Shown: piece after piece, positions 11,701 through 24,900 of the stretch
Layout of the letters: each line of letters starts with the position of its first letter
Position numbering within the stretch: the first letter of the stretch is position 1
DNA from: the human T2T-CHM13v2.0 reference genome, Homo sapiens
Direction: 5' to 3' (one strand)
DNA length: 64,000 nt
Assembly: GCF_009914755.1 (NCBI RefSeq)
Contig: NC_060944.1
Program-made: the position numbers and the translations under genes
The notes under the pieces: generated by a model
Told to the model about the DNA's origin: nothing
The model's input: the letters and a program-made list of their open reading frames with translations, nothing else
Database searches by the model: none

Positions 11701-13595
11701 AGAAACTGCTTTGGGATGTTTCAATTGAAGTCCCAGTGTTGAACATTCCCTTTCATAGAGCAGGTTTGAAACACTCTTTTTGTACTATCTGGAAGTGGAC
11801 ATTTGGAGCGCTTTCAGGTCTACGGTGAAAAAGGAGATATCTTCCAATAAAAACTAGATAGAAGCAATGTCAGAACTTTTTTCATGATGTATCTACTCAG
11901 CAAACAGAGTTGAACCTTTCTTTTGAGAGAGCAGTTTTGAAACACTCTTTTTGTGGAATATGCAAGTGGGTATTAGGCCAGCTTGGAGGATTTCGTTGGA
12001 AACGGGAATACGTATAAAAAGCAGACAGCAGCATTGTCAGAAACTACTTTGTGATGTTTGCATTCAAGTCACAGAATTGAACACTCCCTTTCACAGAGCA
12101 GGTTTGAAACACTCTTTTTGTAGTGTCTGTAAGTGAACATTTGGATTGCTTTCAGGCCTAAGGTGAAAAAGGAAATATCTTCCCATAAAAACTAGACAGA
12201 AGCATTCTCAGAAACTTGTTTGTGATGTGTGCCCTCTACTGACAGAGTTGAACCTTTCTTTGCAAAGAGCAGTTTTGAAACACTCTTTTTGTAGAATCTG
12301 CAAGAGGATATTTGGATAGCTTTGAGGATTTCTTGGGAAACGGGAATGTCTTCAGATAAACTCTAGACAGAAGCATTCTCAGAAACTTCTTTGGGATGTT
12401 TCAATTGAAGTCACAGTGTTGAACATTCCCTTTCACAGAGCAGGTTTGAAACACTCTTTTTGTAGTGTCTATAAGTGAACATTTGGCGTGCTTTCAGGCC
12501 TAACGTGAAAAAGGAAATATCTTCCCATAAAAACTAGACAGAAGCATTCTCAGAAACTTGTTCTTGATGTGTGCCCTCTACTGACAGAGTTGAACCTTTC
12601 TTTGCAAAGAGCAGCTTTGAAACACTCTTTTTGTAGAATCTGCAAGAGGATATTTGGATAGCTTGGAGGATTTCGTTGGAAACGGGTATGTCTTCAGATA
12701 AACTCTAGACAGAAGCATTCTCAGAAACTTCTTTGGGATGTTGCATTCAAGTCACAGAGTAGAACATTCCCATTCATAGAGCAGATTTGAAACACTCTTT
12801 TTGTAGTATCTGGAAGTGGACATTTGGAGCGCTTTCAGGCCTATGTTGAAAAAGGAAATATCTTCCCATAAAAACTAGACGGAAGCATTCTCAGAAACTT
12901 ATTTGTGATGTGTTTGCTCAACTAACAGGATTGAACCATCGTTTTGAAGGAGCAGTTTTGAAACACTGTTTTCGTGGAATCTGCAAGTGGATATTTGGCT
13001 AGCTTTGAGGATTTCGTTGGAAACGGGATTACATATAAAAAGGAGACAGCAGCATTCTCAGAAACTTCTTTGTGATGTCTGCATTCAATTCACAGAGTTG
13101 AGCATTCCCTTTCATAGAGCAGGTTGGAAACACTCTTTTTGTAGTATCTGGATGAGGACATTTGGAGCGCTTTCAGGCGTATGGTGAAAAAGGAAATATC
13201 TTCCCGTAAAAACTAGACAGAAGCATTCTCAGAAGTTTATTTGTGATGTGTGCCCTCAACTAACAGAGTTGAACCTTTCTTTTGATAGAGCAGTTTTGAA
13301 ACACTCTTTTTGTAAAATCTGCAAGAGGATATTTGGATAGCTTTGAGGATTTCGTTGCAAACGGGAATGGCTTCATATAAACTCTAGACAGAAGCATTCT
13401 CAGAAACTTCGTTGGGATGTTTCGATTGAAGTCCCAGTGTTGAACATTCCCTTTTATAGAGCAGGTTGGAAACACTCTTTCTGCATTCCCTGGAAGTGGA
13501 CATTTGGAGCGCTTTCAGGACGACGGTGAAAATGGAAATATCTTCCAAGAAAATCTAGATAGAAGCAACGTCAGAAACTTTTATGTGATGGATCT
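2720..13595 (+). repeat. Four canonical 16-mer HORs (U2-U5)
   Basis: Exact 2719-bp period in the ORF track and the sequence; units differ only by scattered substitutions. Confidence 0.96.
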
Positions 13596-15973
13596 ACTCA
13601 GCTAACAGAGTTGAACCTTTCTTTTGAGAGAGCAGTTTTGCAACACTCTTTTTGTGGAATATGCAAGTGGATATTAGGGCAGCTTTGAGGATTTCGTTGG
13701 AAACGGGAATACATGTAAAAAGCAGACAGCAGCATTCTCAGAAACTTCTTTGTGATGTTTGCATTGAAGTCACAGAGTTGAACATTCCCTTTGAGAGAGC
13801 AGGTTTGAAACACGCCTTTTGTCATATCTGGAAGTGTCCATTCGGAGCGCATTCAGGCTTGTGTTGAAAAAGGAAATATCCTCCCATAAAAACTAGACAG
13901 AAGCATTCTCAGAAACTTATCTGTGATGTATGTACTCAACTAACAGAACTAAACCATCGTTTTGAAGGAGCAGTTTTGAAACACTCTTTTTGCGGAATCT
14001 GCAAGTGGATATTTGGCTAGCTGGGAGGATTTCGTTGGAAACGGGATTACATACAAAAAGCAGACAGCAGCATTCTCAGAAACTTCTTTGTGATGTTTGC
14101 ATTCAAGTCACAGAGTTGAACATTCCCTTTCATAGAGCAGGTTTGAAACACTCTTTTTGTAGTATCTGGATGTGGACATTTGGATCGCTTTCAGGCCTAT
14201 GGTGAAAAAGGAAATATCTTCCCATGAAGACTAGACAGAAGCATTCTCAGAAACTTATTTGTGATGTGTGCCCTCAACTGACAGTGTTGAACCTTTGTTT
14301 TGATAGAGCAGTTCTGAAACACACTTTTTGTGAAATCTGCAAGAGGATATTTGGATAGCTTTGAGGATTTCGTTGGAAACGGGAATGTCTTCATGTAAAC
14401 TCTAGACAGAAGCATTCTCAGAAACTGCTTTGGGATGTTTCAATTGAAGTCCCAGTGTTGAACATTCCCTTTCATAGAGCAGGTTTGAAACACTCTTTTT
14501 GTACTATCTGGAAGTGGACATTTGGAGCGCTTTCAGGTCTACGGTGAAAAAGGAGATATCTTCCAATAAAAACTAGATAGAAGCAATGTCAGAACTTTTT
14601 TCATGATGTATCTACTCAGCAAACAGAGTTGAACCTTTCTTTTGAGAGAGCAGTTTTGAAACACTCTTTTTGTGGAATATGCAAGTGGGTATTAGGCCAG
14701 CTTGGAGGATTTCGTTGGAAACGGGAATACGTATAAAAAGCAGACAGCAGCATTGTCAGAAACTACTTTGTGATGTTTGCATTCAAGTCACAGAATTGAA
14801 CACTCCCTTTCACAGAGCAGGTTTGAAACACTCTTTTTGTAGTGTCTGTAAGTGAACATTTGGATTGCTTTCAGGCCTAAGGTGAAAAAGGAAATATCTT
14901 CCCATAAAAACTAGACAGAAGCATTCTCAGAAACTTGTTTGTGATGTGTGCCCTCTACTGACAGAGTTGAACCTTTCTTTGCAAAGAGCAGTTTTGAAAC
15001 ACTCTTTTTGTAGAATCTGCAAGAGGATATTTGGATAGCTTTGAGGATTTCTTGGGAAACGGGAATGTCTTCAGATAAACTCTAGACAGAAGCATTCTCA
15101 GAAACTTCTTTGGGATGTTTCAATTGAAGTCACAGTGTTGAACATTCCCATTCATAGAGCAGGTTTGAAACACTCTTTTTGTAGTATCTGGAAGTGGACA
15201 TTTGGAGCGCTTTCAGGCCTATGTTGAAAAAGGAAATATCTTCCCATAAAAACTAGACGGAAGCATTCTCAGAAACTTATTTGTGATGTGTTTGCTCAAC
15301 TAACAGGATTGAACCATCGTTTTGAAGGAGCAGTTTTGAAACACTGTTTTCGTGGAATCTGCAAGTGGATATTTGGCTAGCTTTGAGGATTTCGTTGGAA
15401 ACGGGATTACATATAAAAAGGAGACAGCAGCATTCTCAGAAACTTCTTTGTGATGTCTGCATTCATTTCACAGAGTTGAGCATTCCCTTTCATAGAGCAG
15501 GTTGGAAACACTCTTTTTGTAGTATCTGGATGAGGACATTTGGAGCGCTTTCAGGCATATGGTGAAAAAGGAAATATCTTCCCGTAAAAACTAGACAGAA
15601 GCATTCTCAGAAGTTTATTTGTGATGTGTGCCCTCAACTAACAGAGTTGAACCTTTCTTTTGATAGAGCAGTTTTGAAACACTCTTTTTGTAAAATCTGC
15701 AAGAGGATATTTGGATAGCTTTGAGGATTTCGTTGCAAACGGGAATGGCTTCATATAAACTCTAGACAGAAGCATTCTCAGAAACTTCGTTGGGATGTTT
15801 CGATTGAAGTCCCAGTGTTGAACATTCCCTTTTATAGAGCAGGTTGGAAACACTCTTTCTGCATTCCCTGGAAGTGGACATTTGGAGCGCTTTCAGGACG
15901 ACGGTGAAAATGGAAATATCTTCCAAGAAAATCTAGATAGAAGCAACGTCAGAAACTTTTATGTGATGGATCT
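13596..15973 (+). repeat. 14-mer structural variant HOR U6 (2378 bp; one dimer, 341 bp, shorter)
   Basis: The period drops from 2719 to 2378 (ORF 13598 to 15976). A hybrid monomer has its junction in 'gaacattccc' at 15140-15149. Confidence 0.95.
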
Positions 15974-18900
15974 ACTCAGCTAACAGAGTTGAACCTTTCT
16001 TTTGAGAGAGCAGTTTTGCAACACTCTTTTTGTGGAATATGCAAGTGGATATTAGGGCAGCTTTGAGGATTTCGTTGGAAACGGGAATACATGTAAAAAG
16101 CAGACAGCAGCATTCTCAGAAACTTCTTTGTGATGTTTGCATTGAAGTCACAGAGTTGAACATTCCCTTTGAGAGAGCAGGTTTGAAACACGCCTTTTGT
16201 CATATCTGGAAGTGTCCATTCGGAGCGCATTCAGGCTTGTGTTGAAACAGGAAATATCCTCCCATAAAAACTAGACAGAAGCATTCTCAGAAACTTATTT
16301 GTGATGTATGTACTCAACTAACAGAACTAAACCATCGTTTTGAAGGAGCAGTTTTGAAACACTCTTTTTGCGGAATCTGCAAGTGGATATTTGGCTAGCT
16401 GGGAGGATTTCGTTGGAAACGGGATTACATACAAAAAGCAGACAGCAGCATTCTCAGAAACTTCTTTGTGATGTTTGCATTCAAGTCACAGAGTTGAACA
16501 TTCCCTTTCATAGAGCAGGTTTGAAACACTCTTTTTGTAGTATCTGGATGTGGACATTTGGATCGCTTTCAGGCCTATGGTGAAAAAGGAAATATCTTCC
16601 CATGAAAACTAGACAGAAGCATTCTCAGAAACTTATTTGTGATGTGTGCCCTCAACTGACAGTGTTGAACCTTTGTTTTGATAGAGCAGTTCTGAAACAC
16701 ACTTTTTGTAAAATCTGCAAGAGGATATTTGGATAGCTTTGAGGATTTCGTTGGAAACGGGAATGTCTTCATGTAAACTCTAGACAGAAGCATTCTCAGA
16801 AACTGCTTTGGGATGTTTCAATTGAAGTCCCAGTGTTGAACATTCCCATTCATAGAGCAGGTTTGAAACACTCTTTTTGTAGTATCTGGAAGTGGACATT
16901 TGGAGCGCTTTCAGGTCTACGGTGAAAAAGGAGATATCTTCCAATAAAAACTAGATAGAAGCAATGTCAGAACTCTTTTCATGATGTATCTACTCAGCAA
17001 ACAGAGTTGAACCTTTCTTTTGAGAGAGCAGTTTTGAAACACTCTTTTTGTGGAATATGCAAGTGGGTATTAGGCCAGCTTGGAGGATTTCGTTGGAAAC
17101 GGGAATACGTATAAAAAGCAGACAGCAGCATTGTCAGAAACTACTTTGTGATGTTTGCATTCAAGTCACAGAATTGAACACTCCCTTTCACAGAGCAGGT
17201 TTGAAACACTCTTTTTGTAGTGTCTGTAAGTGAACATTTGGATTGCTTTCAGGCCTAAGGTGAAAAAGGAAATATCTTCCCATAAAAACTAGACAGAAGC
17301 ATTCTCAGAAACTTGTTTGTGATGTGTGCCCTCTACTGACAGAGTTGAACCTTTCTTTGCAAAGAGCAGTTTTGAAACACTCTTTTTGTAGAATCTGCAA
17401 GAGGATATTTGGATAGCTTTGAGGATTTCTTGGGAAACGGGAATGTCTTCAGATAAACTCTAGACAGAAGCATTCTCAGAAACTTCTTTGGGATGTTTCA
17501 ATTGAAGTCACAGTGTTGAACATTCCCTTTCACAGAGCAGGTTTGAAACACTCTTTTTGTAGTGTCTATAAGTGAACATTTGGCGTGCTTTCAGGCCTAA
17601 CGTGAAAAAGGAAATATCTTCCCATAAAAACTAGACAGAAGCATTCTCAGAAACTTGTTCTTGATGTGTGCCCTCTACTGACAGAGTTGAACCTTTCTTT
17701 GCAAAGAGCAGCTTTGAAACACTCTTTTTGTAGAATCTGCAAGAGGATATTTGGATAGCTTGGAGGATTTCGTTGGAAACGGGTATGTCTTCAGATAAAC
17801 TCTAGACAGAAGCATTCTCAGAAACTTCTTTGGGATGTTGCATTCAAGTCACAGAGTAGAACATTCCCATTCATAGAGCAGATTTGAAACACTCTTTTTG
17901 TAGTATCTGGAAGTGGACATTTGGAGCGCTTTCAGGCCTATGTTGAAAAAGGAAATATCTTCCCATAAAAACTAGACGGAAGCATTCTCAGAAACTTATT
18001 TGTGATGTGTTTGCTCAACTAACAGGATTGAACCATCGTTTTGAAGGAGCAGTTTTGAAACACTGTTTTCGTGGAATCTGCAAGTGGATATTTGGCTAGC
18101 TTTGAGGATTTCGTTGGAAACGGGATTACATATAAAAAGGAGACAGCAGCATTCTCAGAAACTTCTTTGTGATGTCTGCATTCAATTCACAGAGTTGAGC
18201 ATTCCCTTTCATAGAGCAGGTTGGAAACACTCTTTTTGTAGTATCTGGATGAGGACATTTGGAGCGCTTTCAGGCGTATGGTGAAAAAGGAAATATCTTC
18301 CCGTAAAAACTAGACAGAAGCCTTCTCAGAAGTTTATTTGTGATGTGTGCCCTCAACTAACAGAGTTGAACCTTTCTTTTGATAGAGCAGTTTTGAAACA
18401 CTCTTTTTGTAAAATCTGCAAGAGGATATTTGGATAGCTTTGAGGATTTCGTTGCAAACGGGAATGGCTTCATATAAACTCTAGACAGAAGCATTCTCAG
18501 AAACTTCGTTGGGATGTTTCGATTGAAGTCCCAGTGTTGAACATTCCCTTTTATAGAGCAGGTTGGAAACACTCTTTCTGCATTCCCTGGAAGTGGACAT
18601 TTGGAGCGCTTTCAGGACGACGGTGAAAATGGAAATATCTTCCAAGAAAATCTAGATAGAAGCAACGTCAGAAACTTTTATGTGATGGATCTACTCAGCT
18701 AACAGAGTTGAACCTTTCTTTTGAGAGAGCAGTTTTGCAACACTCTTTTTGTGGAATATGCAAGTGGATATTAGGGCAGCTTTGAGGATTTCGTTGGAAA
18801 CGGGAATACATGTAAAAAGCAGACAGCAGCATTCTCAGAAACTTCTTTGTGATGTTTGCATTGAAGTCACAGAGTTGAACATTCCCTTTGAGAGAGCAGG

Positions 18901-21900
18901 TTTGAAACACGCCTTTTGTCATATCTGGAAGTGTCCATTCGGAGCGCATTCAGGCTTGTGTTGAAAAAGGAAATATCCTCCCATAAAAACTAGACAGAAG
19001 CATTCTCAGAAACTTATTTGTGATGTATGTACTCAACTAACAGAACTAAACCATCGTTTTGAAGGAGCAGTTTTGAAACACTCTTTTTGCGGAATCTCCA
19101 AGTGGATATTTGGCTAGCTGGGAGGATTTCGTTGGAAACGGGATTACATACAAAAAGCAGACAGCAGCATTCTCAGAAACTTCTTTGTGATGTTTGCATT
19201 CAAGTCACAGAGTTGAACATTCCCTTTCATAGAGCAGGTTTGAAACACTCTTTTTGTAGTATCTGGATGTGGACATTTGGATCGCTTTCAGGCCTATGGT
19301 GAAAAAGGAAATATCTTCCCATGAAAACTAGACAGAAGCATTCTCAGAAACTTATTTGTGATGTGTGCCCTCAACTGACAGTGTTGAACCTTTGTTTTGA
19401 TAGAGCAGTTCTGAAACACACTTTTTGTAAAATCTGCAAGAGGATATTTGGATAGCTTTGAGGATTTCGTTGGAAACGGGAATGTCTTCATGTAAACTCT
19501 AGACAGAAGCATTCTCAGAAACTGCTTTGAGATGTTTCAATTGAAGTCCCAGTGTTGAACATTCCCTTTCATAGAGCAGGTTTGAAACACTCTTTTTGTA
19601 CTATCTGGAAGTGGACATTTGGAGCGCTTTCAGGTCTACGGTGAAAAAGGAGATATCTTCCAATAAAAACTAGATAGAAGCAATGTCAGAACTTTTTTCA
19701 TGATGTATCTACTCAGCAAACAGAGTTGAACCTTTCTTTTGAGAGAGCAGTTTTGAAACACTCTTTTTGTGGAATATGCAAGTGGGTATTAGGCCAGCTT
19801 GGAGGATTTCGTTGGAAACGGGAATACGTATAAAAAGCAGACAGCAGCATTGTCAGAAACTACTTTGTGATGTTTGCATTCAAGTCACAGAATTGAACAC
19901 TCCCTTTCACAGAGCAGGTTTGAAACACTCTTTTTGTAGTGTCTGTAAGTGAACATTTGGATTGCTTTCAGGCCTAAGGTGAAAAAGGAAATATCTTCCC
20001 ATAAAAACTAGACAGAAGCATTCTCAGAAACTTGTTTGTGATGTGTGCCCTCTACTGACAGAGTTGAACCTTTCTTTGCAAAGAGCAGTTTTGAAACACT
20101 CTTTTTGTAGAATCTGCAAGAGGATATTTGGATAGCTTTGAGGATTTCTTGGGAAACGGGAATGTCTTCAGATAAACTCTAGACAGAAGCATTCTCAGAA
20201 ACTTCTTTGGGATGTTTCAATTGAAGTCACAGTGTTGAACATTCCCTTTCACAGAGCAGGTTTGAAACACTCTTTTTGTAGTGTCTATAAGTGAACATTT
20301 GGCGTGCTTTCAGGCCTAACGTGAAAAAGGAAATATCTTCCCATAAAAACTAGACAGAAGCATTCTCAGAAACTTGTTCTTGATGTGTCCCCTCTACTGA
20401 CAGAGTTGAACCTTTCTTTGCAAAGAGCAGCTTTGAAACACTCTTTTTGTAGAATCTGCAAGAGGATATTTGGATAGCTTGGAGGATTTCGTTGGAAACG
20501 GGTATGTCTTCAGATAAACTCTAGACAGAAGCATTCTCAGAAACTTCTTTGGGAAGTTGCATTCAAGTCACAGAGTAGAACATTCCCATTCATAGAGCAG
20601 ATTTGAAACACTCTTTTTGTAGTATCTGGAAGTGGACATTTGGAGCGCTTTCAGGCCTATGTTGAAAAAGGAAATATCTTCCCATAAAAACTAGACGGAA
20701 GCATTCTCAGAAACTTATTTGTGATGTGTTTGCTCAACTAACAGGATTGAACCATCGTTTTGAAGGAGCAGTTTTGAAACACTGTTTTCGTGGAATCTGC
20801 AAGTGGATATTTGGCTAGCTTTGAGGATTTCGTTGGAAACGGGATTACATATAAAAAGGAGACAGCAGCATTCTCAGAAACTTCTTTGTGATGTCTGCAT
20901 TCAATTCACAGAGTTGAGCATTCCCTTTCATAGAGCAGGTTGGAAACACTCTTTTTGTAGTATCTGGATGAGGACATTTGGAGCGCTTTCAGGCGTATGG
21001 TGAAAAAGGAAATATCTTCCCGTAAAAACTAGACAGAAGCCTTCTCAGAAGTTTATTTGTGATGTGTGCCCTCAACTAACAGAGTTGAACCTTTCTTTTG
21101 ATAGAGCAGTTTTGAAACACTCTTTTTGTAAAATCTGCAAGAGGATATTTGGATAGCTTTGAGGATTTCGTTGCAAACGGGAATGGCTTCATATAAACTC
21201 TAGACAGAAGCATTCTCAGAAACTTCGTTGGGATGTTTCGATTGAAGTCCCAGTGTTGAACATTCCCTTTTATAGAGCAGGTTGGAAACACTCTTTCTGC
21301 ATTCCCTGGAAGTGGACATTTGGAGCGCTTTCAGGACGACGGTGAAAATGGAAATATCTTCCAAGAAAATCTAGATAGAAGCAATGTCAGAAACTTTTAT
21401 GTGATGGATCTACTCAGCTAACAGAGTTGAACCTTTCTTTTGAGAGAGCAGTTTTGCAACACTCTTTTTGTGGAATATGCAAGTGGATATTAGGGCAGCT
21501 TTGAGGATTTCGTTGGAAACGGGAATACATGTAAAAAGCAGACAGCAGCATTCTCAGAAACTTCTTTGTGATGTTTGCATTGAAGTCACAGAGTTGAACA
21601 TTCCCTTTGAGAGAGCAGGTTTGAAACACGCCTTTTGTCATATCTGGAAGTGTCCATTCGGAGCGCATTCAGGCTTGTGTTGAAAAAGGAAATATCCTCC
21701 CATAAAAACTAGACAGAAGCATTCTCAGAAACTTATCTGTGATGTATGTACTCAACTAACAGAACTAAACCATCGTTTTGAAGGAGCAGTTTTGAAACAC
21801 TCTTTTTGCGGAATCTGCAAGTGGATATTTGGCTAGCTGGGAGGATTTCGTTGGAAACGGGATTACATACAAAAAGCAGACAGCAGCATTCTCAGAAACT

Positions 21901-24900
21901 TCTTTGTGATGTTTGCATTCAAGTCACAGAGTTGAACATTCCCTTTCATAGAGCAGGTTTGAAACACTCTTTTTGTAGTATCTGGATGTGGACATTTGGA
22001 TCGCTTTCAGGCCTATGGTGAAAAAGGAAATATCTTCCCATGAAAACTAGACAGAAGCATTCTCAGAAACTTATTTGTGATGTGTGCCCTCAACTGACAG
22101 TGTTGAACCTTTGTTTTGATAGAGCAGTTCTGAAACACACTTTTTGTAAAATCTGCAAGAGGATATTTGGATAGCTTTGAGGATTTCGTTGGAAACGGGA
22201 ATGTCTTCATGTAAACTCTGGACAGAAGCATTCTCAGAAACTGCTTTGGGATGTTTCAATTGAAGTCCCAGTGTTGAACATTCCCTTTCATAGAGCAGGT
22301 TTGAAACACTCTTTTTGTACTATCTGGAAGTGGACATTTGGAGCGCTTTCAGGTCTACGGTGAAAAAGGAGATATCTTCCAATAAAAACTAGATAGAAGC
22401 AATGTCAGAACTTTTTTCATGATGTATCTACTCAGCAAACAGAGTTGAACCTTTCTTTTGAGAGAGCAGTTTTGAAACACTCTTTTTGTGGAATATGCAA
22501 GTGGGTATTAGGCCAGCTTGGAGGATTTCGTTGGAAACGGGAATACGTATAAAAAGCAGACAGCAGCATTGTCAGAAACTACTTTGTGATGTTTGCATTC
22601 AAGTCACAGAATTGAACACTCCCTTTCACAGAGCAGGTTTGAAACACTCTTTTTGTAGTGTCTGTAAGTGAACATTTGGATTGCTTTCAGGCCTAAGGTG
22701 AAAAAGGAAATATCTTCCCATAAAAACTAGACAGAAGCATTCTCAGAAACTTGTTTGTGATGTGTGCCCTCTACTGACAGAGTTGAACCTTTCTTTGCAA
22801 AGAGCAGTTTTGAAACACTCTTTTTGTAGAATCTGCAAGAGGATATTTGGATAGCTTTGAGGATTTCTTGGGAAACGGGAATGTCTTCAGATAAACTCTA
22901 GACAGAAGCATTCTCAGAAACTTCTTTGGGATGTTTCAATTGAAGTCACAGTGTTGAACATTCCCTTTCACAGAGCAGGTTTGAAACACTCTTTTTGTAG
23001 TGTCTATAAGTGAACATTTGGCGTGCTTTCAGGCCTAACGTGAAAAAGGAAATATCTTCCCATAAAAACTAGACAGAAGCATTCTCAGAAACTTGTTCTT
23101 GATGTGTCCCCTCTACTGACAGAGTTGAACCTTTCTTTGCAAAGAGCAGCTTTGAAACACTCTTTTTGTAGAATCTGCAAGAGGATATTTGGATAGCTTG
23201 GAGGATTTCGTTGGAAACGGGTATGTCTTCAGATAAACTCTAGACAGAAGCATTCTCAGAAACTTCTTTGGGAAGTTGCATTCAAGTCACAGAGTAGAAC
23301 ATTCCCATTCATAGAGCAGATTTGAAACACTCTTTTTGTAGTATCTGGAAGTGGACATTTGGAGCGCTTTCAGGCCTATGTTGAAAAAGGAAATATCTTC
23401 CCATAAAAACTAGACGGAAGCATTCTCAGAAACTTATTTGTGATGTGTTTGCTCAACTAACAGGATTGAACCATCGTTTTGAAGGAGCAGTTTTGAAACA
23501 CTGTTTTCGTGGAATCTGCAAGTGGATATTTGGCTAGCTTTGAGGATTTCGTTGGAAACGGGATTACATATAAAAAGGAGACAGCAGCATTCTCAGAAAC
23601 TTCTTTGTGATGTCTGCATTCAATTCACAGAGTTGAGCATTCCCTTTCATAGAGCAGGTTGGAAACACTCTTTTTGTAGTATCTGGATGAGGACATTTGG
23701 AGCGCTTTCAGGCGTATGGTGAAAAAGGAAATATCTTCCCGTAAAAACTAGACAGAAGCCTTCTCAGAAGTTTATTTGTGATGTGTGCCCTCAACTAACA
23801 GAGTTGAACCTTTCTTTTGATAGAGCAGTTTTGAAACACTCTTTTTGTAAAATCTGCAAGAGGATATTTGGATAGCTTTGAGGATTTCGTTGCAAACGGG
23901 AATGGCTTCATATAAACTCTAGACAGAAGCATTCTCAGAAACTTCGTTGGGATGTTTCGATTGAAGTCCCAGTGTTGAACATTCCCTTTTATAGAGCAGG
24001 TTGGAAACACTCTTTCTGCATTCCCTGGAAGTGGACATTTGGAGCGCTTTCAGGACGACGGTGAAAATGGAAATATCTTCCAAGAAAATCTAGATAGAAG
24101 CAATGTCAGAAACTTTTATGTGATGGATCTACTCAGCTAACAGAGTTGAACCTTTCTTTTGAGAGAGCAGTTTTGCAACACTCTTTTTGTGGAATATGCA
24201 AGTGGATATTAGGGCAGCTTTGAGGATTTCGTTGGAAACGGGAATACATGTAAAAAGCAGACAGCAGCATTCTCAGAAACTTCTTTGTGATGTTTGCATT
24301 GAAGTCACAGAGTTGAACATTCCCTTTGAGAGAGCAGGTTTGAAACACGCCTTTTGTCATATCTGGAAGTGTCCATTCGGAGCGCATTCAGGCTTGTGTT
24401 GAAAAAGGAAATATCCTCCCATAAAAACTAGACAGAAGCATTCTCAGAAACTTATCTGTGATGTATGTACTCAACTAACAGAACTAAACCATCGTTTTGA
24501 AGGAGCAGTTTTGAAACACTCTTTTTGCGGAATCTGCAAGTGGATATTTGGCTAGCTGGGAGGATTTCGTTGGAAACGGGATTACATACAAAAAGCAGAG
24601 AGCAGCATTCTCAGAAACTTCTTTGTGATGTTTGCATTCAAGTCACAGAGTTGAACATTCCCTTTCATAGAGCAGGTTTGAAACACTCTTTTTGTAGTAT
24701 CTGGATGTGGACATTTGGATCGCTTTCAGGCCTATGGTGAAAAAGGAAATATCTTCCCATGAAAACTAGACAGAAGCATTCTCAGAAACTTATTTGTGAT
24801 GTGTGCCCTCAACTGACAGTGTTGAACCTTTGTTTTGATAGAGCAGTTCTGAAACACACTTTTTGTAAAATCTGCAAGAGGATATTTGGATAGCTTTGAG

